64,000 nt of DNA from an uncultured Clostridia bacterium (GTDB lineage Bacteria; Bacillota; Clostridia; Christensenellales; UBA1242): the NCBI GenBank assembly GCA_944349925.1, contig CALVNT010000022.1, forward strand, positions 10,720-74,719, given 5' to 3'. How positions within the stretch are numbered: the first letter of the stretch is position 1; every line of letters begins with the position of its first letter. The translations under genes and the position numbers were made by a program. A model generated the notes under the pieces. That model saw only the letters and a program-made list of their open reading frames with translations, was not told where the DNA came from and did not search any database. Below, one piece after another: positions 49,118 through 57,490 of this stretch.

Positions 49118-49675
49118 GTGGAAAAATTTATTTCGGATAAAGAGCAAATAGTTTTAGACAAGTTAATTATGCTTTTTGTTATTGATAAAATGGAAATACC
49201 ATTGACAGAAGATTCCATTTTAGATATTTGCTCAGTAAAAAACACTTGGATAAAAAATTATATGGATTGCCAGGCTATAATTCACGATATGGTTGATAGC
49301 AAACTTTTATACAAGCTAAGTGGAAATGAAGAAGATAAAAAACTTTTCGCCCTAACTTATGAAGGACGAGAGTGTTTGTCGCACCTTTATAGACGAATTC
49401 CGCTTGCACTTAGAGAGGAAATTTCAAATTATCTTCAAGCAAACAGATTAAATGTAAAGTCATCACAAGAATATACATCAACATATACAAAAAATGAAGA
49501 TGGTTCCTATAACGTAGTTTTAAAAATTTATGAACCCCTTATAACAACCCCTATGTTCGAACTTAGAATAAAAGCACCTTCAAGGCAATCAGCCAATGAA
49601 GCAATTCACAAATGGAAAACAAACGCACCCTCTATTTACGAAATGATTTATGTAAAGTTAATCAATGTAGATTAA
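49118..49675 (+). CDS. DUF4364-like protein (putative winged-helix protein common in Clostridia)
   Basis: The N-terminal pattern KEQIVLDKLIMLFVIDKMEIPLTEDSILDI resembles DUF4364. The call is by eye. GTG start with no clear SD. Confidence 0.5.
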   Translation: MEKFISDKEQIVLDKLIMLFVIDKMEIPLTEDSILDICSVKNTWIKNYMDCQAIIHDMVDSKLLYKLSGNEEDKKLFALTYEGRECLSHLYRRIPLALREEISNYLQANRLNVKSSQEYTSTYTKNEDGSYNVVLKIYEPLITTPMFELRIKAPSRQSANEAIHKWKTNAPSIYEMIYVKLINVD

Positions 49676-49773
49676 ATTTTCACTTAATTTAAATATTGAT
49701 AACCATTTTATAAGACAATTCATATAGACAAAAATAGTTTACCAACAAAGCAAATAAAAAACAAAAAAGGACT

Positions 49774-50226
49774 TTAAATATCTAAAGCCTTTTTTATTTT
49801 TTCTATTTCACCTCTAGCCAATTTATCGCATCGATTATTTAACTCATTATCCGAATGCCCTTTTACTTTATTCCAAAATACTTTATGCCCATCTAAAAGA
49901 GATAAAAGCCTTTGCCACAAATCAACATTTTGGACTTGCTTTTTTGTTGAAGTTTTCCAATTATTCTTAATCCAATTAGTGACCCAATTTTGCAAAAAAG
50001 CATTTACTACATATGCTGAATCACTATAAATTTCAACTTCACATTTTTCTTTTAACGCGTCAAGACCTTTGATAACAGCCAGAAGTTCCATTCTATTATT
50101 CGTAGTTTCTTCTTCTCCGCCAGACAAAACCTTTTCTTTATCTTGATAATGCAAAATCGCACCCCAGCCACCAATTCCCGGATTTCCAGAACAAGCTCCG
50201 TCAGTATACAAAATAATTTTTTTCAC
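49774..50226 (-). CDS. rnhA: Ribonuclease HI
   Basis: ILYTDGACSGNPGIGGWGAIL, TTNNRMELLAVIKGL, IYSDSAYV and KGHSDNELNNRCDKLA (DEDD residues present). Confidence 0.93.
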   Translation of the reverse strand: MKKIILYTDGACSGNPGIGGWGAILHYQDKEKVLSGGEEETTNNRMELLAVIKGLDALKEKCEVEIYSDSAYVVNAFLQNWVTNWIKNNWKTSTKKQVQNVDLWQRLLSLLDGHKVFWNKVKGHSDNELNNRCDKLARGEIEKIKKALDI

Positions 50227-50236
50227 ACCGCCCTCA

Positions 50237-50641
50237 CTAATTTAATTTCAATTTTTCAGCTATTTCTTCAAGAGTTAATGAGTTCTGATTTAACTTCGGA
50301 AAAACCTTAAGTCCATCGTTTTCAAATCTTGGCAAAATATGAAAATGAAGATGAAAAACAGATTGTTCAGCAACTTTACCACTTGCATTGATTATGTTTA
50401 CACCACTTGCACCACATTTTTCTTTGTAGTGTCTAGCAATTTTTTGGACGATCTTTATAAGATATGCAAGTTCTTTTTCATCACAATCAAAAACATTCTC
50501 AAAATGTTTTTTAGGAATCACCAAAGTGTGACCATTTGCATCATTTGAGATATCTAGAAAAGCAAGAACGCGCTCGTCTTCATATATTTTATAACAAGGC
50601 ATTTCCCCATTTATAATTTTACAAAAAATACAATCTATCAT
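50237..50641 (-). CDS. HIT-family (histidine triad) nucleotide hydrolase
   Basis: CIFCKIINGE... and histidine triad HLHFHILPR. Confidence 0.92.
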   Translation of the reverse strand: MIDCIFCKIINGEMPCYKIYEDERVLAFLDISNDANGHTLVIPKKHFENVFDCDEKELAYLIKIVQKIARHYKEKCGASGVNIINASGKVAEQSVFHLHFHILPRFENDGLKVFPKLNQNSLTLEEIAEKLKLN

Positions 50642-50690
50642 ACTATTACTCCTACAAGTATTATAATCTTTTTTACGAATTTTTCAAACA

Positions 50691-50714
50691 AAAAAAGGAT
50701 ATAACTCCTTTTTC
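50691..50714. terminator. Small bidirectional terminator-like hairpin
   Basis: AAGGA/TCCTT stem with a 6-nt loop, flanked by A7 and T5, downstream of the minus-strand ORF 50800-51492. Confidence 0.4.
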
Positions 50715-50799
50715 TTGTTATTTTATTGTAATAATAATTTGATGATTTTAAAATAAACTTAACTAAAATATAATTCAAATTACATATCACACAACAATT

Positions 50800-51492
50800 T
50801 TAATCTTTGTTTATTTGCTCTTCGCTGTCATAATTAGACACAACATCTTTAATTTGGGACAAATTTTTTACATCTAATACAATAAACTCATACGTTTTTC
50901 TTATTACTTGATGATTATAAGGAAACTCTCTGCCCTTAAAAAATCCACTCAAATACAGACGATATTTTTCGTTATTTAACTTGTTTAATATTCTAGCCGC
51001 GTTTTTAAAAAATACACAAGGAACATGACAAACTCCTTTATAGTCTGGCACACGCAAAGACATTGTTAAAACCTCAATTCCATTGTGAGTAACTTTGTAA
51101 AAGCCAGGTTTTTTTGTCGTTTCCGCTGTTAAATTTATTAATCCCGAGTTAAAATTTTCATCATTTTTTTCGCATACATCTTCAATGTAAAAAAAATTAC
51201 ATAAATGATGACACTCATCGAAGCTTCGTAAACGGCCTTTAAAAATTTGAAATTCGTCTGCTTTAAAATTTGATAATTTTCTTAAAATATTTTCATCAAA
51301 AGCAACCGGGATATTTATAAATTCCCCGTTTCCATTATCATAAACCAGCTCAGAAAAATAATGAATTTTGCCCCACACATTTTTTGACTTAAGTTTATAA
51401 GATGATATTTTACCTAGAATTCTTCCTTCATTTATCAACTCTTCTTCATTTTTAAAAAAATTACCATTTAAACAAAACTCTATCCCTTTCAT
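50800..51492 (-). CDS. Hypothetical protein, possibly two OB-fold-like halves
   Basis: 230-aa ORF. Both halves show a beta-rich pattern ending FKGRLRSF / GFFKGREF. This is a weak impression only. Confidence 0.5.
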   Translation of the reverse strand: MKGIEFCLNGNFFKNEEELINEGRILGKISSYKLKSKNVWGKIHYFSELVYDNGNGEFINIPVAFDENILRKLSNFKADEFQIFKGRLRSFDECHHLCNFFYIEDVCEKNDENFNSGLINLTAETTKKPGFYKVTHNGIEVLTMSLRVPDYKGVCHVPCVFFKNAARILNKLNNEKYRLYLSGFFKGREFPYNHQVIRKTYEFIVLDVKNLSQIKDVVSNYDSEEQINKD

Positions 51493-51599
51493 TAACTCAC
51501 CTTAAATAAATCATTTCAACGCTTAAATTATGTTCTATTAAACAATTATGCATATATGCAAATACACAAATAAATTTTATTTTAAAGCATTAAAAATTA

Positions 51600-52019
51600 T
51601 TATTTTTCGTTTGAGCAATCTCTTCCCAAATGCATAACCCCATCACCAGAAATGGATGCTCTAGCAGAAGTGATAACAGAAGCATATTCTTCTAATAATC
51701 GTTTAACTTCTTTTACTTGCTCATTTGATAAAATAGCCGGAACAAATCTTTCTGTCTTTGTATCAAAAAATTGCATTAAAAATGCTGTCATATTGTTATA
51801 TAATCTGCCAAATATATGTGCTTCTTTCAACTTAGCAGCTTTTCTAAATAGTTTTTCCACCAATTTCCAGTTTTCTTTATCTTGTCCTTCCAAAACCTGT
51901 CCTGCTGAGACTTTAATTGCAGATATCATCATCTTTTCGATAGCCGCTGTATCTTTTTCCACACAAGATACATTTGTTACATTATCAATAGTAGCATTAT
52001 TTTCATTTGTATTTTTCAT
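51600..52019 (-). CDS. Hypothetical protein (helical, no recognisable domain)
   Basis: ATG 52019 lies 5 nt after AAGGAGG; 139 aa. Confidence 0.55.
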   Translation of the reverse strand: MKNTNENNATIDNVTNVSCVEKDTAAIEKMMISAIKVSAGQVLEGQDKENWKLVEKLFRKAAKLKEAHIFGRLYNNMTAFLMQFFDTKTERFVPAILSNEQVKEVKRLLEEYASVITSARASISGDGVMHLGRDCSNEK

Positions 52020-52188
52020 AATTTCCTCCTTCATAAAATACATGTAAAAATTATATAGGATAATACAATAAAAGTCAATAGGCTTTTTCGAAAAACTTTA
52101 ATTTATTTTTTAAGAAAATATAAATAAAAAAAGATACCAAAATGTATATTTTGCAAAAATCTATACATTATAAAAATGGGAGGTAAAA

Positions 52189-52344
52189 ATGAAACAATAC
52201 AGACCTGGAGAGCAATGTCCTAAAACAGGAAATTACTCTTGCTATGACAAAAATGGAAAATGTGGCGGAAGCACTTACCTTGAAAAAGGTCAAAGATTTC
52301 CTGCAACACAACATGAAGGCTCTCATTACGAAGCTGATGAATAA
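52189..52344 (+). CDS. YjzC-like small protein (51 aa; absent from the ORF track)
   Basis: GGGAGG RBS, then MKQYRPGEQCPKTGNYSCYDKNGKCGGSTYLEKGQRFPATQHEGSHYEADE. The PG..(A/C)P..G.Y...G......L.KG.RFP pattern matches B. subtilis YjzC. A terminator follows. Confidence 0.7.
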   Translation: MKQYRPGEQCPKTGNYSCYDKNGKCGGSTYLEKGQRFPATQHEGSHYEADE

Positions 52345-52364
52345 AAGGCATGTTTAGAGCTAAA

Positions 52365-52393
52365 AAAATGCGACTTATTTGGTCGCATTTTTT
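52365..52393. terminator. Bidirectional rho-independent terminator
   Basis: ATGCGAC (52368-52374) / GTCGCAT (52382-52388), flanked by A- and T-runs. Confidence 0.7.
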
Positions 52394-52459
52394 ATCGACA
52401 TATAGTATCTAGTATTTGCATAATACATACTATATTTGCGATTTTTATACAATATTACA

Positions 52460-52548
52460 TGGCGCAGAGGACAGGATTCGAACCTGCGGAGGCTTGTGAC
52501 CTCACACGCTTTCCAAGCGTGCGCCTTAAACCACTCGGCCACCTCTGC
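52460..52548 (-). tRNA. tRNA-Ser (anticodon GGA), CCA encoded
   Basis: The reverse complement folds as a cloverleaf: acceptor GCAGAGG/CCTCTGC, anticodon stem CACGC/GCGTG with loop TTGGAAA, long variable arm and GGTTCGAATCC T-loop. Confidence 0.92.
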
Positions 52549-52778
52549 AAACTAGAGAATTTGTTATCTTTGGAAAAAATTTTCAAAATAATATCTTATA
52601 AAAGTTAACAAATTCTGCTATATTAAGGGCATAAAATTAAATTTAACAAGATTAAAAATTTAAAAGCAAAAATTTCATTATATTGCTTTAATTTTTTAAA
52701 TTTTGATTTTAGCAACAATTAAAATATCATATTTGTTTTAATATTAAATTTAAATTTCCAATCTTTTTTTAATTTTTA

Positions 52779-54161
52779 TCAATATTCGCAATTGTTTGGA
52801 GTCCTTGGAAATAATATAACATCTCTTATATTAGAGATTCCTGTAACATACATGAGAATTCTTTCAAAACCTAAACCGAAGCCACTATGTTCAACCGAGC
52901 CAAACTTTCGAAGGTTCATATACCACCAATAATCCACTTCTTTCAAACCCTTTTCGGCCATAATAGACTTAAGTTTTTCGTAATTTGTTTCTCTTTCACT
53001 CCCTCCTGTTACTTCTCCTATTCCAGGGAAAAGTAAATCACAGCCCCTTACAGTTTTTCCATCATCATTTATCTTCATATAAAACGCTTTTATTTCTTTT
53101 GGGTAATCAGTTACAAACACTGGTTTATTAAAAATTTCTTCGCATATATACCTTTCATGCTCAGTTTGTATATCGCACCCCCATTCTACCTTAAATGCAA
53201 ATTTATCATTGTTTTTCTTTAAAATTTCAATGGCATCAGTGTAGGTAATATGTTCAAATTTACTGTTAACAACATTTTGAAGTCTTTCAATTAGCCCTTT
53301 ATCCACAAAGGTATTGAAAAATGCCATTTCATCTGGACATTTTTTCATAATGCCACCAATAATATACTTCATCATATCTTCTTCAAGATCCATCAGGCCA
53401 TTAAGATCCATGAAAGACACTTCTGGCTCTAAATGCCAAAACTCATTTAAATGTCTTGTTGTGTTGCTATTTTCCGCCCTAAATGTTGGGCCAAAAGTAT
53501 AAATTTTCCCAAAGGCAGCGGCACAAGCTTCACCTTCAAGTTGTCCAGTTGGCGTTAAAAATGTTTTTTTGCCAAACAACTCATCTTTCGGGTCAAATTG
53601 TTTCTTTTCATCATAAATATTTTGAGTCGTTACTCTGAAAAGCTCACTACCTCCTTCACAATCAGATGAAGTAATTATTGGAGTGTGAACATAAACAAAG
53701 CCATTTTTGTTAAAAAATTCATGAAGAAGAAAAGATAATTCGCTTCTAACTCTAAATATTGCATTAAATAAATTAGTTCTAGGTCGCAAATATGCAATTT
53801 CACGCAAAAATTCAAGCGAATGCTTCTTTTTTTGTAAAGGATATTCACTGTCAGTTGCTGATATTACAGTAATTTCTTGTGCCTGCATCTCAAATGGTTG
53901 TTTATTTTCAGGAGTTAAAACTATTCTGCCTTTGCACATTATCGCTGAGCCTGTATTCAATTTTTCAACAATATCAAAATTTGACAAATTTTGTTTGTTA
54001 AAAACTATTTGAAGACCTTTAAACGAAGTGCCATCATTTAAATCGATAAAGCCAAATGTTCCATTGCTTCTACTGCTTCTAACCCAGCCGGCAACTACGA
54101 CTTCTTTATCAGCAAATTTTTCTTTATCTTGATATATCAATTTTATGTCTACTTTTTGCAT
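52779..54161 (-). CDS. asnS: Asparaginyl-tRNA synthetase
   Basis: ATG 54161 follows AAGGGAG. FRAENSNTTRHLNEFWHLEPE and GFGLGFERILMY motifs. Confidence 0.95.
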   Translation of the reverse strand: MQKVDIKLIYQDKEKFADKEVVVAGWVRSSRSNGTFGFIDLNDGTSFKGLQIVFNKQNLSNFDIVEKLNTGSAIMCKGRIVLTPENKQPFEMQAQEITVISATDSEYPLQKKKHSLEFLREIAYLRPRTNLFNAIFRVRSELSFLLHEFFNKNGFVYVHTPIITSSDCEGGSELFRVTTQNIYDEKKQFDPKDELFGKKTFLTPTGQLEGEACAAAFGKIYTFGPTFRAENSNTTRHLNEFWHLEPEVSFMDLNGLMDLEEDMMKYIIGGIMKKCPDEMAFFNTFVDKGLIERLQNVVNSKFEHITYTDAIEILKKNNDKFAFKVEWGCDIQTEHERYICEEIFNKPVFVTDYPKEIKAFYMKINDDGKTVRGCDLLFPGIGEVTGGSERETNYEKLKSIMAEKGLKEVDYWWYMNLRKFGSVEHSGFGLGFERILMYVTGISNIRDVILFPRTPNNCEY

Positions 54162-54174
54162 ATTTTTCTCCCTT

Positions 54175-55920
54175 CTATTCATTATTTTCAATCAGTTTAA
54201 GACCTAGTTCTTTTAATGTTTGATCGCTAATTTTACTTGGAGTATTCATCAATAAATCTCTGCCATTTTTGTTTAATGGAAATGCAATAATTTCTCGTAT
54301 TAGATCATACCCTAAAATTTGCATAAGCATTCTATCAAATCCTATTGCTCCACCTGCGTGAGGAGGCGCTCCGTAAGAAAAGGCATTAAATAAAGCTGAA
54401 AATTTTGTTTCAACCACTGACTTATCATAACCAACAAGTTCAAAAGCTTTAACCATTGTTTCTTGATCATGATTTCGAACACCCCCGCTAAGCATTTCAT
54501 AACCATTGCAAACGAGGTCATATTGATAAGCAACAATATCAAGAGGATCTTTATTTAACAAACTTTCTAATCCGCCTTGAGGCATAGAAAATGGGTTATG
54601 TGAAAAATCTAACTTGCCAGTTTCTTCGTTGATTTCATAAAATGGAAAATCAACTATCCAACAGAAGATAACCTTATTTTCATCAATTAATCCTAAATCT
54701 TGGCCAAGTTTAATTCTTAAAAAGTTTGCAAGCTTGATTGCCATGTTTTTCTGATCGGCGATGAAGAATACCGAATCGCCTTCACATAAATTAAGTTCTT
54801 TTATTAAAGTGCTTTTTTCTTCTTCATTTAAAAATTTCACTATCGAGCCAGACAACTGCCCATCAGTATATTTAACCCAAGCAACACCTTTACCTTCATA
54901 AGAAACAATATAAGTAGAAAGTTCATCATAAAATCTTCTTGGCTTGTCTTTGCAATTTGCACAAATGGCCTTAATAGTTTTTCCTTTAAATGCATTAAAT
55001 TCAGTATTTTTAAAAATTTCAGTCAAATCATGAACAATAAGTGGATTTCTTAAATCTGGCTTGTCTGAGCAATATTTTTCTATTGCCTCTTTATAAGGTA
55101 TTCTAACAAAAGGAGCTTTGGAAACTTCCCAATTAGTAAAATTTTGATAAATTCCACAAACTAGATCTTCGCAAACCTCAAAGATGTCTTCTTGAGTAGC
55201 AAAACTCATCTCAAAATCAATTTGATAAAACTCTCCCGGAGATCGATCTGCTCTTGCAGCCTCGTTTCTAAAACAAGGTGCAATTTGAAAATATTTTTCA
55301 TATCCGCTAACCATTAAAAGTTGTTTAAATTGTTGAGGCGCTTGTGGCAATGCATAAAACTCACCTTTATTGAAATAAGTAGGCACAATAAAATCTCTCG
55401 CTCCTTCTGGTGAGCTTGATGCAAGAATTGGCGTCTGAACTTCTACAAAGCCGTTGTCATGCATTTTGTTTCTTACATAGTGCAAAATTTCGCTTCTTTT
55501 TTTAAGAACTTCGTGTGTTTGAGGATTTCTTAAATCAAGATAACGATATTTAAACCTAAGTTCTTCTTTAGTATTTGGTGCATCACTTATTTCAAATGGT
55601 AAAACAGGATTGCATTTGCCAAGAACATCAATTTTGGATACATTTATTTCTATATCACCGGTCTCCATTTTTGGATTTTTTGAAGAACGCTCAACAACTG
55701 TGCCTTCTACTCTTACAACAGTTTCTTTACAAATACCCTCGAGCAAGTTTTCGTCATGAACAACAATTTGTGTAGTTCCGTAATTGTCTCTTACAGTACA
55801 AAATACAATTCCCCCAAGCTTTCTTATAGAAGCAAGCCAACCTGAAATAACGACATTTTCATTGACATTATTTAATCTTAATTCTCCACAAGAATGAGTA
55901 TGATAATAATTCTTTTTCAT
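54175..55920 (-). CDS. aspS: Aspartyl-tRNA synthetase
   Basis: CGELRLNNVNENVVISGW (OB), QIAPCFRNEAARADRSPGEFYQID (motif 2) and PPHAGGAIGFDR (motif 3). A TTTACT-N17-TATAAT promoter lies at 55966-55938 with no T-box. Confidence 0.96.
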   Translation of the reverse strand: MKKNYYHTHSCGELRLNNVNENVVISGWLASIRKLGGIVFCTVRDNYGTTQIVVHDENLLEGICKETVVRVEGTVVERSSKNPKMETGDIEINVSKIDVLGKCNPVLPFEISDAPNTKEELRFKYRYLDLRNPQTHEVLKKRSEILHYVRNKMHDNGFVEVQTPILASSSPEGARDFIVPTYFNKGEFYALPQAPQQFKQLLMVSGYEKYFQIAPCFRNEAARADRSPGEFYQIDFEMSFATQEDIFEVCEDLVCGIYQNFTNWEVSKAPFVRIPYKEAIEKYCSDKPDLRNPLIVHDLTEIFKNTEFNAFKGKTIKAICANCKDKPRRFYDELSTYIVSYEGKGVAWVKYTDGQLSGSIVKFLNEEEKSTLIKELNLCEGDSVFFIADQKNMAIKLANFLRIKLGQDLGLIDENKVIFCWIVDFPFYEINEETGKLDFSHNPFSMPQGGLESLLNKDPLDIVAYQYDLVCNGYEMLSGGVRNHDQETMVKAFELVGYDKSVVETKFSALFNAFSYGAPPHAGGAIGFDRMLMQILGYDLIREIIAFPLNKNGRDLLMNTPSKISDQTLKELGLKLIENNE

Positions 55921-56034
55921 AATAACTCCACTTTTTGATTATAACACAATTGAATTTCTTAGTAAAGAAAATAAAAATAATTTTTCTTGCCTTTCTTATA
56001 ATTTTAAAAATAAAATAGAGACTAGCTCTCTATT

Positions 56035-56718
56035 TTAACTATCTTTTTCAACTTCTGCAACCATCGACACATCAAAACCCGAAACTGTTCTGTCTATGTA
56101 GTGATCCAAAACTCTTAAATTTGCATTTTTTAGTTCAGACAAAAATGTTTCCCAATTTACTTTACGGCAAGATGTAGTTGCAACTTTTATTATTGAATCT
56201 CCAAAAGGTCGATCTGCAAGTTCAAAAGCTTTTGAAGAATCTGTCTTATACTGCTCAACACCATCTCCCATAATTGTTATAAATGCTTTTCCGCCATTTT
56301 TTAAATGGTGATAAATAAATGATAAAAATTTATTTCTATCTTCATCTTCGACAAGCATATGCAAAACTGCTACAGAAAAAATAAAGTCATATTTTTTTGT
56401 TAATTTGTTTTTTAAAATATCCATAACAAAAAATTTTCTTTCATCAAGATTTAATTTCTTTGCTTTTTCTTTACACCATTTTATAGCTTCTTCTGAAATA
56501 TCGGAGGCCTCAAGATTATAATTTTTAGACATTAAATTCAATGCGTTTTGCCCTTCACCACAACCAATTTCTAAGATTGAAGAGTTTTTGTTTGCCCCAT
56601 ATTTTTTCAATAGTTTTTCTAGTATTTGACTTGGTTTTTCTCCAGCCCATGCTAAACCTGTTTCTTGATGTACTTTCTTGTAGCGCTCTTCGTATGCTTC
56701 ATAATACTTTTTGTCCAT
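56035..56718 (-). CDS. Class I SAM-dependent methyltransferase
   Basis: ILEIGCGEGQNALNL (motif I) and DFIFSVAVLHML. Terminator hairpin ATAGAGA/TCTCTAT at about 56016-56034. Confidence 0.85.
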   Translation of the reverse strand: MDKKYYEAYEERYKKVHQETGLAWAGEKPSQILEKLLKKYGANKNSSILEIGCGEGQNALNLMSKNYNLEASDISEEAIKWCKEKAKKLNLDERKFFVMDILKNKLTKKYDFIFSVAVLHMLVEDEDRNKFLSFIYHHLKNGGKAFITIMGDGVEQYKTDSSKAFELADRPFGDSIIKVATTSCRKVNWETFLSELKNANLRVLDHYIDRTVSGFDVSMVAEVEKDS

Positions 56719-56790
56719 TTGTCCCTCCTTATTATTTTTTTGTTATTTTAAAAATCAAATGTTATCTTGATTTTGAATAACCATATATTA

Positions 56791-56839
56791 AAAAATAAAA
56801 CGCTTATGAGATTTCGTTTTGAACTAGTCGACATAAGCG
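56791..56839 (-). terminator. Terminator after tRNA-Leu
   Basis: On the minus strand, CGCTTATG...CATAAGCG (8-bp stem, 23-nt loop) followed by a T-rich run. Confidence 0.5.
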
Positions 56840-56850
56840 ATTTTCTAAAT

Positions 56851-56932
56851 TGGTGCGAGCGGTGGGAGTCGAACCCACACTCTTTCGAACTTGCCCCTTA
56901 AACAAGCGCGTCTGCCATTCCGCCACGCTCGC
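56851..56932 (-). tRNA. tRNA-Leu with apparent anticodon AAG (A34), CCA encoded
   Basis: Reverse complement is GCGAGCG-TG-GCGG-AATGGCAGA-CGC-G-CTTGT-TTAAGGG-GCAAG-(variable arm)-GTGGG-TTCGACT-CCCAC-CGCTCGC-A-CCA. In the standard register the anticodon loop TTAAGGG puts AAG at positions 34-36. Confidence 0.8.
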
Positions 56933-56953
56933 AAAATTATTGTTACTTTATAA

Positions 56954-56982
56954 AGTATAAATATTTTCACTACCATTGTCAA
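56954..56982 (-). promoter_or_regulatory. Candidate sigma-A promoter of tRNA-Leu
   Basis: On the minus strand: TTGACA (56982-56977), 17-nt spacer, TATACT (56959-56954), about 20 nt upstream of the mature 5' end. Confidence 0.5.
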
Positions 56983-57027
56983 GAGAATTTGACAATTTAA
57001 TAAAAAAAAAGAATAATAAATTTTGGC

Positions 57028-57066
57028 GTGGACCTCCTAAAGTTGTCTAACTTTTAGGATTCACTT
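57028..57066. repeat. 39-nt hairpin-forming repeat, copy B
   Basis: GTGGACCTCCTAAAGTTGTCTAACTTTTAGGATTCACTT is 33/39 identical to 25379-25417, in the same orientation. It folds into a long hairpin (TCCTAAAGTT/AACTTTTAGGA plus outer GTGGA/TTCAC). Confidence 0.7.
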
Positions 57067-57140
57067 AATTGTTATTATTGTTCTTATTTCATATTTTTAT
57101 TTTTTTATGAAATTAAATTTTACACTACTTTTTTATATTT

Positions 57141-57425
57141 TTATTTTTTTATGGAATTAAATTCTGCAAGTCCTTTTTCAAATTGAGTTTTGCTTTCTGG
57201 ATCGAGAGAGAATAAAAGACCAAACAATTGTCCCACATGAAGTTTTTCTTCTTTAACTATGTCTGCAATTGTGGTTTGAGCCGCCATATCAGCGGTTTGT
57301 TCCAAATGGTTTGAATATTGGATAATTGCCTCAAGTTCACCAACAATATCTTCTCTTGCATTTTGAGCTGTGATAAAAGAATTTGAACGATTTTGATTGT
57401 CTAAAATGCTAAAAAACCTGCGCAT
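57141..57425 (-). CDS. Small ferritin-like protein of the encapsulated-ferritin (EncFtn) type, with no adjacent encapsulin gene
   Basis: ATG 57425 follows AGGAGG; 94 aa. GELEAIIQYSNH...IADIVKEEKLHVGQLFGLL matches the EncFtn di-iron pattern ELEA[IV]..Y ... EEK.H. Confidence 0.65.
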   Translation of the reverse strand: MRRFFSILDNQNRSNSFITAQNAREDIVGELEAIIQYSNHLEQTADMAAQTTIADIVKEEKLHVGQLFGLLFSLDPESKTQFEKGLAEFNSIKK

Positions 57426-57490
57426 AAAACCTCCTATAAACATTTTTATATATGCACATGTGTTAAAAAGTGTTAAAAAAGTGGACTTTT

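Noticed and set aside
51652-52047. Long antisense or alternative-frame ORFs in the track. Examples: 51652-52047 (+), 40347-40724 (+), 22049-22489 (-), 58484-58972 (+), 32418-32834 (+), 2398-2793 (-), 3945-4217 (+).
   Set aside because: Each lies entirely inside a well-supported conserved gene on the other strand or frame. They lack an RBS and give low-complexity or hydrophobic translations typical of shadow ORFs in AT-rich DNA.
52555-52617. 11-bp inverted repeat AGAATTTGTTA...TAACAAATTCT next to tRNA-Ser, as a mobile-element end or attachment site.
   Set aside because: It is a single occurrence with no duplicated tRNA 3' end and no integrase nearby. It is more simply explained as a transcript-processing or terminator-type hairpin between asnS and the tRNA.
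54161-54191. Extended N-termini given in the ORF track for several genes: asnS 54191, tig 60734, clpP 59359, tgt 35366, serS 30793, spoIIIAB 12026, the PadR-like gene 27215 and others.
   Set aside because: In each case an internal ATG is preceded by a strong SD at 5-9 nt and matches the conserved orthologue N-terminus. The upstream extensions lack an RBS or overlap promoters or upstream genes.
57141-57425. Encapsulin nanocompartment operon.
   Set aside because: Only the ferritin-like cargo-type gene is present. No HK97-fold shell gene lies within several kb on either side.
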